Part shown: piece after piece, positions 57,818 through 64,000 of the stretch | How the letters are laid out: the number at the start of each line of letters is the position of its first letter | Position numbering within the stretch: the first letter of the stretch is position 1 | Source: Bdellovibrionota bacterium | Lineage (GTDB): Bacteria; Bdellovibrionota_C; UBA2361; JAFLCA01 | Assembly (NCBI GenBank): GCA_041907145.1 | Contig: JAYRHW010000189.1 | Span: 3,624 to 67,623, forward strand | Length of the DNA: 64,000 nucleotides | Reading direction: 5' to 3' | The notes under the pieces: generated by a model | What the model saw: only the letters and a program-made list of their open reading frames with translations | Told to the model about the DNA's origin: nothing | Database searches by the model: none | Position numbers and translations under genes: made by a program

Positions 57818-58366
57818 TTAGCTCTGTTGAATAATGTAAATGGAAGGGAGATTACGCCAACGATTACAATCTTCCATGCCATATCCGACCATCCACTCGG
57901 GTCCCTTATACTCGAAGGCTGCCCATTCAGGATTGAAGGTCTCCTCTTCGAGGACGCGCTTTATCAATACAGCCGAGCGAACCTTGAGCGCGCCTGCGTC
58001 ATAAAATGCCTTCGTAAGCAGCTTCAGTGTCTTGCCGGAATCACAGATGTCATCCACGAGCAGCACGGAACGGCCACGCACGTGCACATCCTCCATACTT
58101 ACCCGCGCCTCGGTTCGCTGCACGTTGTTATCACCGCTTTCATAGACCCAGGTACGCACCGGGGCGATCTCTACGGAAGACTGAATCTGTCGAACGAGAT
58201 CAGCGAAGAAGAAAATCCCGCCTCTAAGCACTGGAATGGTTACCAGGTCGGTATGCGAATCCTGCCAGACGGCATTCGCCCAGGCGCTAATATCCTCGCC
58301 TAGCCGCTTCACCTGCGATTCGATTTGCTGAGGGGTATATTGCAGCTTGAAGTTCGAAGGAATCAT
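57818..58366 (-). CDS. hpt: hypoxanthine-guanine phosphoribosyltransferase
   Basis: PRPP-binding motif VLLVDDICDSGKTL. Length 182 aa. Confidence 0.85.
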   Translation of the reverse strand: MIPSNFKLQYTPQQIESQVKRLGEDISAWANAVWQDSHTDLVTIPVLRGGIFFFADLVRQIQSSVEIAPVRTWVYESGDNNVQRTEARVSMEDVHVRGRSVLLVDDICDSGKTLKLLTKAFYDAGALKVRSAVLIKRVLEEETFNPEWAAFEYKGPEWMVGYGMEDCNRWRNLPSIYIIQQS

Positions 58367-58553
58367 AGTGAGCGACGCCCCTAACCTATTGTAATAACGA
58401 GAATTTACACGCTTTAGGAGGCTGCATCGTACTATAGGGGAGTCGAATAATCAAAGATTCAGACATGCTACACTTAAGGCAAAGGTTCTGGTTTTGTGCA
58501 GGCCGGAAATACAGGATAAGTGTTGATAAGCGGTGGGTGGAGAGGAAAGAAAC

Positions 58554-58946
58554 ATGCGCATCGGGAAACTCTTGGTAATTGGCGGACTGCTGCTGGAACT
58601 GTCCGGGTGCGGCTCCGGTGATGGGCGCGAGCCTGGCATTATCCGTGACATCAAGCATTTTTTTCGCAGCACGAGTAATACCATAGAGGGATACACTCCT
58701 AGTCGCGACCAGATCTCGGCAACCGCGACAAAGCAATTTCAGGATATGTTTACATTCGAGTACCGAGTAGTAGAGGTTGACAATGCTGTGACTGCGGAGC
58801 AACTGGAGCGAAAGCTCGCCGAGCTTGGGCAGGATCGCTGGGAATGCACGCAACTTCTCGAGCGCGGATCCTCTTATATGATTCCTTGCCGGCGCCGTCC
58901 CATAAGTCTGCTCCGATATGCGCTTAGATTTTTGCCGATCCCATAA
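58554..58946 (+). CDS. lipoprotein, DUF4177-like
   Basis: Lipobox LLELSGC after a signal sequence, and a C-terminal EYRVVEVD...LERKLAELGQDRWECTQLL pattern. GGAGAGGAAAGA RBS. Its stop overlaps the next gene's ATG as TAATG. Confidence 0.55.
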   Translation: MRIGKLLVIGGLLLELSGCGSGDGREPGIIRDIKHFFRSTSNTIEGYTPSRDQISATATKQFQDMFTFEYRVVEVDNAVTAEQLERKLAELGQDRWECTQLLERGSSYMIPCRRRPISLLRYALRFLPIP

Positions 58947-60013
58947 TGCGATATCTGTTGTTCACTTTTCTCCTGACTCTGTCGGCCTGCGCGTCGCAGC
59001 GCCCGTTGCTGCCTCCCGGGGAAGTGCCCGAGCAAACTGAAGTCGCCTCGGATGATGAGCAGTACGGACAAGCGGTCTTGAATCAACTCATGGATCGCTA
59101 CGAGCTGGACACCGATGATACTCGCATCAATAGAGTGCGCGATATAGCTCAGCGACTGACGGAGACAAAGAACCCCAACAGCAATCCTTGGCATATTTAC
59201 GTGCTAAAGGATCCGGATTTCAAGAATGCCGCGGCTACCCGCGGCAATTATATTTTCGTCTGGACCGGGATCCTAGAGACCGTCAGAGATGATGATGAAC
59301 TCGCGACGATCTTGGCTCATGAAATTGGCCACGTCCTTGCAGGTCACACCTTGCCCGATCCTTCGGAGGAAGTGAGCAGCATGATAGCCGGCATCGCCGG
59401 AACGGCCACCGGGCAGGTGCTTTCAGCTCAGGGCGCCGTAGGCATTTTAGCCAGCCTCGCGGATTCCTTAGTTCGCTCGACGATGGAAGCGGTGTTGGTT
59501 AATCCCGACTTAAAGCGAAAAGAGCTGGAAGCCGATCAGGTGGGGCTCTTCTTAATGGCTGAAGCGGGATTCGATCCCGAAAGAGCAGTGAGTTTTTGGG
59601 AACGCATAAAGGATGACCCCGATTTCGGAGGATTTCCGATTGCATTTCTTTCTTCGCACCCCTCCTCCGAGGATCGCTTCCTCAGGCTCCAACAGCTTTT
59701 GCCTGAAGCTGAAGAAGTTTATCACGGTAAACGCAAGGACTCGCGCTTCATTGCAGACCCAGGGCGCAGCGATTTCGTTCTATCACAGCGGGAGGTCTCT
59801 GCGCGTAAAGAAACCTGGGTTGTGCTGGAACCCACGGCTGCGGTGATGGACGCGCCCAAAGCCGAAGCTAAGCGCGTTGGGACTTTGAAAGTTGGGGCCA
59901 AGGTAACCGTGGTCGGCCACCGCGGACCCTGGCTAGAAATTTCCGAGCCCTCGCAAGGCTTCGTCAAGGGAACTGACCTTGCTCCATTTAAGACCGATAG
60001 TTTTGCGCGTTAG
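58946..60013 (+). CDS. M48-family zinc metalloprotease lipoprotein with C-terminal SH3b-like domain
   Basis: Lipobox LTLSAC; HEIGHVLAGH zinc motif; C-terminus VGTLKVGAKVTVVGHRGPWLEISEPSQGFVKGTDL is SH3_3-like. Confidence 0.8.
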   Translation: MRYLLFTFLLTLSACASQRPLLPPGEVPEQTEVASDDEQYGQAVLNQLMDRYELDTDDTRINRVRDIAQRLTETKNPNSNPWHIYVLKDPDFKNAAATRGNYIFVWTGILETVRDDDELATILAHEIGHVLAGHTLPDPSEEVSSMIAGIAGTATGQVLSAQGAVGILASLADSLVRSTMEAVLVNPDLKRKELEADQVGLFLMAEAGFDPERAVSFWERIKDDPDFGGFPIAFLSSHPSSEDRFLRLQQLLPEAEEVYHGKRKDSRFIADPGRSDFVLSQREVSARKETWVVLEPTAAVMDAPKAEAKRVGTLKVGAKVTVVGHRGPWLEISEPSQGFVKGTDLAPFKTDSFAR

Positions 60014-60093
60014 TGGTCCATTTTATTTCGACTCTCGCTACCGCGTGGACAATTTTCTCAATCTAAACCTTACACAACCTACAAGGTCGTCTT

Positions 60094-63000
60094 CTAAGGT
60101 ACCGTGAAAAGCTTACCCGCGGCGTTTAGATAGAGCTTTTCCATCTCGGCAGCGTTAAATGGCCGGGAGCCGATTCTCCCGAAGATACTGACCTGATGCC
60201 CAGTTTCATCAACGGCGCGGTCGCGGTCCAGCGGCTTCGAAATATAGAGAGCCGGGCCATGCGTGGCACGATGGGCAATCACCAGCGGCTTTACTTCGGG
60301 GGAAAATCCATAAAAGGTTGGTACACGCTCCGGATCGGTTAACTGGAGGACCTTGAATCCGTTCTTACCATCCGCAAGATAGCCAAAGAGCGAGGCATTC
60401 GTAGTGGCCACTTTTACATCATTCAGATCATCGATTTTTCCTCCATCATTGAAGACCTGATAGACTTTGGGCTGTTCAGGCCGTTCAATATCCACGATGA
60501 CTAAACCTTGCGAGCCCCCCGCTACATAGGCATAGGTACGCGCCACATAAAGCCCACGAGCGTCAGGGAGGGCGATATGCGCATGCACGATTTCGTGCGC
60601 CTTATCTATATGCGTGATGTCTACGACGTGAAAGCCATCCGCTGCGGTGACAAAGGCGTAGCGAAACTGCACGGCGATGCCTGTGGGGTGGTTCATCGGC
60701 ACAGTCGCCAGCACTTTTGGCTGGAGCGGTTCATCAAGATCGATGATTACCAGCGAATTTGTGGTTGCAATGAATGCCCGAGCACCTGCCAACGTAATGG
60801 CTCGTGCCCCAGTCAAAATTCCCCCTTCGTTCCAGGTAAGCGCACGACTTAGAAAGTTGTTGCTTGGTTCGCGATCAGCCAGCGTGTCGACATTGACGGC
60901 AATTAAACCCTCCTCGCTATCGGTAATATATGCGTAGTGGTAGATCGGATGCATGGGTTGTTCGAGATTCTCCTCGAGCGGCTTTCTAAACGGGGCTATC
61001 GGCATAGTGGTGGGGAATGCGAACGAAGTGGCATTCGTGGTTGGTACATGCAAATCCTGTCCAAGCGGAGAGACCGGTGAGGTCGTGATTCGTTCCGAAA
61101 AGCCCTTGTTCCCGACGTTTGCGATATCATAGCAGCGGAAGCCTCCGGTACCCGCGGTCGTGCAGGCATATTCGCCTCGAGCCTGGATAGTATTCGTGAC
61201 CCCACCGGCACCATGATGAGTCTGAGATTCCAGCAGTTCCTGTCCCCGATCTTGATGCGCCTTGAAGTTATCGGGGTAGGCAAATCGTTGCAAATAACTG
61301 CCGATGACTGCTTGAGGCTCGCTCCACTCGGTGACTTGCACAGCCTCGAGGCCGGCACTGCCGGTTGCTACGTAGCTGTGGTAGCCCATGAAGTTGACGA
61401 AGTTAGTTCCCAAAAGCAAAAGCTGCGCCATGATTGCGTTGTTGTCATTCGCCTTCGAGACGTGACAGTCATTACAACCCTTCGTTTCGACCGTGCGCAC
61501 GGTATGCGGGAAATGCGGCGCAAAAGCCTGCGAGCTAAACCCGGCCGCCGATATCGGCGGCTGCTGTACGTAGATCTTCTGCCGGTTGATATCAGTAGAG
61601 CTAAGTATGAGCGCGCTTGAAGATCGCACCGGCACGATTTTGTTTCCCTTCGCCGGTCCGTGCAGGCCAATCTGATACATTTCATCACGGGCAACCTGAG
61701 GATTGTAACTGGCCCAATTGCGAGTGAGCTTGCCGTCATAGTGGTTCGATGTCTTCATCCAGTTTGCCTGAATCGGCAAGTGGCAGCCCGCACACCCGGT
61801 AATCCACGAGCTATGGCAGGTGAAACAAGCCATTTTATCATTCGAGTGTGCAAGCAGTTTAACTTGGTCCGCTGCCGCATCGACCTGCTTCAAACTGACC
61901 GAGCTGGGCGTGGTTTGCTCAGCGGTCAGCCGAGCTGTAAGTTTCGCCTTGGCGGACTTGGCGTTGAAGTCGGGACTGTTTGGATCGACCGAGTCCCTGA
62001 CCTGCCTGACCTTCCACTCAAGCCCCTGCGTAAGAGTCGAACGTTGATAAAGCTCACTCCCCTTCCATAGGAAGCGCAGATCGCCGAAGGGGGTGCGCAT
62101 GGTACTTAGATCTCGACCGCCCGGAGGCGCTGCGGGACCGGATGTCTTGAGCGTGGCACGCGCCGCCACTGAACCGTGGCAATCCTCGCAGCCAATCTCA
62201 ACCGCCTGGGCGACTTCGCCGTACATATTGCCGTCGCCATGCGCATCCTGGTCAAAGTGACAATCAACACAGTGCATGCCCTTGTCGACATGAATGTCGG
62301 CCATATGCACGGCCTTTTTGAATTTATCGGGGTCGCTGGCAGAAACTAGCCGTCCCTTGGCATCTAGAAGATTACCCTTTCGATCACGCTTGAAAATGGC
62401 TCTAAAATTCCAACCATGACCGTGGTAATCGGCGAACTGAGTATCCTTGAGTGTAGAATTCAGGTCGATGACGTTCTTCAAGAACTGGTTATCGGTCCAA
62501 AGCCCGCGAGCCGCGGCCTCTTCGGGATTGTGCTCCAAAGACTGATGCAATTCTTCATCGGTGGGGTTCCGTTGCTGCTTTGGCCACATCGACGGAGCAT
62601 CCGACTCATAATCCCACATCGTATAACCAAGAAATGAGTTCACGAACATATTGGGCTGATGCATATGGCAAACCATGCACTGGCTTGTGGGAATGGCGCG
62701 TGAGAACTCGTGGCGCAGCGGGTGTCCCTCTTCATCCTTCGGAATGGTCGGATCGACGGTCTGTGTTTTGCCATCATTGCCAAATTTGGCGTAAGGACCG
62801 GAGTGTGAGGGATCCCTATCGTTAGCATAGACGACATGGCACCCTGTGCAGCCGCTGCTGCGGTAATCACCCGGATGATCGTTAGTTCCGAGAAACGACA
62901 AGTGCGGATCGTTGAGACGCGTCTTATGAATATTGAGCACCGGAATTGCTACTCGTGACCCGGTTCCCAGACCGCGGTTCGAAGCGCGAATATCAGGCTT

Positions 63001-63777
63001 GCCGGATTCTTCCAAAGGATTTGGCAGCCCAATTTCCGCAAAGCTGCTCTTAATGAACTGCCCGCCCCGCTCAAAGACACGAAAATTATCACCCGGCTGG
63101 ACTACCTCCCACTGCGGCAGTGGAATGAGCTTCTCGAGCGCTCCTCTCGCGATTAGCTCTGGAGTAGGCGGCTGAGTGGCATGAATCTCACGCGCCAATC
63201 CGTTTCTGTCATAGCTTTCTCCCAAAACATACTTCTTGTAGGGAAGAATGTTGTTGTTGTACGAAGCACCTCCCCAAAGCATGGCCGACGTTGTCATGAG
63301 ACTTCGTTCAGCTGCGTGTACTTCCTTGGCGTGACAACCGCCGCACGTCTCACGAGCCACGCGTAGATCTCCGGGATTGACGAAGCGCACAAACTCGGGC
63401 GGTTCTTTCAACAAATCAGTGTAGCTGTGCTTCGGATTGGCCGAACTGGGCCAGTTCTCCGGACTTCGGGGTAGCACATGCGCAGACTGCTTTGCATGCT
63501 CGTAGGCAGCTGTACCGGGGGAAAGGTCCGCGGCCCGCACCGCCGAATTTCCGCCATGGCAATCCGTGCAGCCGATAACTACCGCCGGGTTCTTATGCAT
63601 GGTCAGCGTATCAGACTTGCTGTGACAGTCCTTGCACCCCAGGCTGTTGCTCCCCATTTGGCTGACACTGATGTTGAAGTTCAGCGGCGCAGGCTTTTCA
63701 TCCTCGGCATAGACCAGCCCCACGCCCGTCAGGGCAACGAGCAGAAGAGAACCGATATGGAGAAGAGCGGTTCGCAT
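60094..63777 (-). CDS. decaheme c-type cytochrome fused to C-terminal LVIVD-repeat beta-propeller (1227 aa, signal peptide)
   Basis: Ten CxxCH motifs counted: CKDCH, CTDCH, CGGCH, CTGCH, CMVCH, CVDCH, CEDCH, CFTCH, CAGCH, CNDCH. Signal peptide MRTALLHIGSLLLVALTGVGLVYA. C-terminal repeats SLVIIDLDEPLQPKV, GFHVVDITHIDKAHEIV, GLVIVDIERPEQPKVYQVF, GFKVLQLTDPERVP. Confidence 0.8.
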   Translation of the reverse strand: MRTALLHIGSLLLVALTGVGLVYAEDEKPAPLNFNISVSQMGSNSLGCKDCHSKSDTLTMHKNPAVVIGCTDCHGGNSAVRAADLSPGTAAYEHAKQSAHVLPRSPENWPSSANPKHSYTDLLKEPPEFVRFVNPGDLRVARETCGGCHAKEVHAAERSLMTTSAMLWGGASYNNNILPYKKYVLGESYDRNGLAREIHATQPPTPELIARGALEKLIPLPQWEVVQPGDNFRVFERGGQFIKSSFAEIGLPNPLEESGKPDIRASNRGLGTGSRVAIPVLNIHKTRLNDPHLSFLGTNDHPGDYRSSGCTGCHVVYANDRDPSHSGPYAKFGNDGKTQTVDPTIPKDEEGHPLRHEFSRAIPTSQCMVCHMHQPNMFVNSFLGYTMWDYESDAPSMWPKQQRNPTDEELHQSLEHNPEEAAARGLWTDNQFLKNVIDLNSTLKDTQFADYHGHGWNFRAIFKRDRKGNLLDAKGRLVSASDPDKFKKAVHMADIHVDKGMHCVDCHFDQDAHGDGNMYGEVAQAVEIGCEDCHGSVAARATLKTSGPAAPPGGRDLSTMRTPFGDLRFLWKGSELYQRSTLTQGLEWKVRQVRDSVDPNSPDFNAKSAKAKLTARLTAEQTTPSSVSLKQVDAAADQVKLLAHSNDKMACFTCHSSWITGCAGCHLPIQANWMKTSNHYDGKLTRNWASYNPQVARDEMYQIGLHGPAKGNKIVPVRSSSALILSSTDINRQKIYVQQPPISAAGFSSQAFAPHFPHTVRTVETKGCNDCHVSKANDNNAIMAQLLLLGTNFVNFMGYHSYVATGSAGLEAVQVTEWSEPQAVIGSYLQRFAYPDNFKAHQDRGQELLESQTHHGAGGVTNTIQARGEYACTTAGTGGFRCYDIANVGNKGFSERITTSPVSPLGQDLHVPTTNATSFAFPTTMPIAPFRKPLEENLEQPMHPIYHYAYITDSEEGLIAVNVDTLADREPSNNFLSRALTWNEGGILTGARAITLAGARAFIATTNSLVIIDLDEPLQPKVLATVPMNHPTGIAVQFRYAFVTAADGFHVVDITHIDKAHEIVHAHIALPDARGLYVARTYAYVAGGSQGLVIVDIERPEQPKVYQVFNDGGKIDDLNDVKVATTNASLFGYLADGKNGFKVLQLTDPERVPTFYGFSPEVKPLVIAHRATHGPALYISKPLDRDRAVDETGHQVSIFGRIGSRPFNAAEMEKLYLNAAGKLFTVP

Positions 63778-64000
63778 TAGTACTGAAGAATTACATTACC
63801 GAAAACATCATACAAAGTTCGATCGCCAAATAGATTTTCAAACCCGTTATTCGTGACCAAAGCTGAGGTACCTACTCGCAGAATGACATTGTTATTGAGA
63901 AAGGGCCGGTACAATAGACCAGTCGAGAAATCGAAGCCGATGCCTCTCGGGATTGAACCGTCCTGGCGCAGCGTCTCAAGAACCGAAGTATCATCAAACT
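63777..64000 (-). CDS. C-terminal fragment of upstream gene (possible beta-rich/outer-membrane protein), translationally coupled to cytochrome gene
   Basis: My translation of the minus strand gives ...FDDTSVLETLRQDGSIPRGIGFDFSTGLLYRPFLNNNVILRVGTSALVTNNGFENLFGDRTLYDVFGNVILQY*. The frame is open to the window edge. The stop TAA overlaps the cytochrome ATG as TAATG. Confidence 0.5.
   Translation of the reverse strand, partial: FDDTSVLETLRQDGSIPRGIGFDFSTGLLYRPFLNNNVILRVGTSALVTNNGFENLFGDRTLYDVFGNVILQY

Noticed and set aside
58386-58853. 155-aa minus-strand ORF
   Set aside because: It is antisense to the lipoprotein gene, which has a consensus RBS and lipobox, and it has no RBS or motif of its own.
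60508-63780. Multiple plus-strand ORFs (60-136 aa) inside the cytochrome gene
   Set aside because: They are antisense to a 1227-aa ORF carrying ten CxxCH motifs.
1-64000. CRISPR arrays, rRNA/tRNA genes, IS elements or prophage
   Set aside because: I saw no regularly spaced direct repeats, no tRNA T-arm consensus in the intergenic regions I scanned, and no transposase, integrase or phage structural motifs in any ORF. My reading-by-eye sensitivity for tRNAs is limited.

Overview
The window is 64 kb of high-GC bacterial chromosomal sequence (roughly 58-60% GC by eye), with dense coding and about 80% of genes on the minus strand. All calls below come from reading the supplied six-frame ORF track and the raw sequence by eye, with no database search. 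In the ORF track, 'M' can stand for a GTG or TTG start. Where I moved a start to an internal ATG or GTG, I derived the coordinate arithmetically from the track. Coordinates I read directly off the printed sequence may be off by about 1 nt, because a few printed lines did not agree with the track. Housekeeping genes recognisable from conserved motifs:
- a partial thiolase at the left edge (1..787)
- trxA, prmA, and a zinc-binding alcohol dehydrogenase (MDR) family gene
- glpD
- purH-purD, preceded by a membrane PP2C phosphatase
- a mutS / amidase (AmiC-like) / CCA-family nucleotidyltransferase / unknown / SPOR-protein gene string
- cmk-purA-rpsA
- pepN and hpt
Accessory, envelope, signalling and motility content:
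- an orphan flagellin with a beta-propeller-like insert and a sigma-28-like promoter
- a pseudo-receiver protein, a stand-alone CheY-like receiver, and an OmpR/histidine-kinase pair
- a PQQ-type sugar dehydrogenase
- a minor type IV pilin cluster (FimT/GspH-like, PilV, PilW, and a 613-aa PilX_N protein)
- a patatin-like phospholipase
- an operon of a 1238-aa Thr/Pro-repeat secreted protein plus an S8 protease
- a glycan-assembly locus (hpt-wzt-wzm-GT4-GT4-GT-C/discoidin-flippase-like)
- an M48 protease lipoprotein pair
- a 1227-aa decaheme c-type cytochrome fused to an LVIVD beta-propeller, translationally coupled to a gene that runs off the right edge
I saw no rRNA, tRNA, CRISPR array, transposase or integrase. 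The most unusual candidates are the cytochrome-propeller fusion, the glycan locus sitting next to Thr/Pro-rich giant proteins (a possible protein O-glycosylation system), and the flagellin with a propeller insert. All of these rest on motif-level reading and need HMM/BLAST confirmation.
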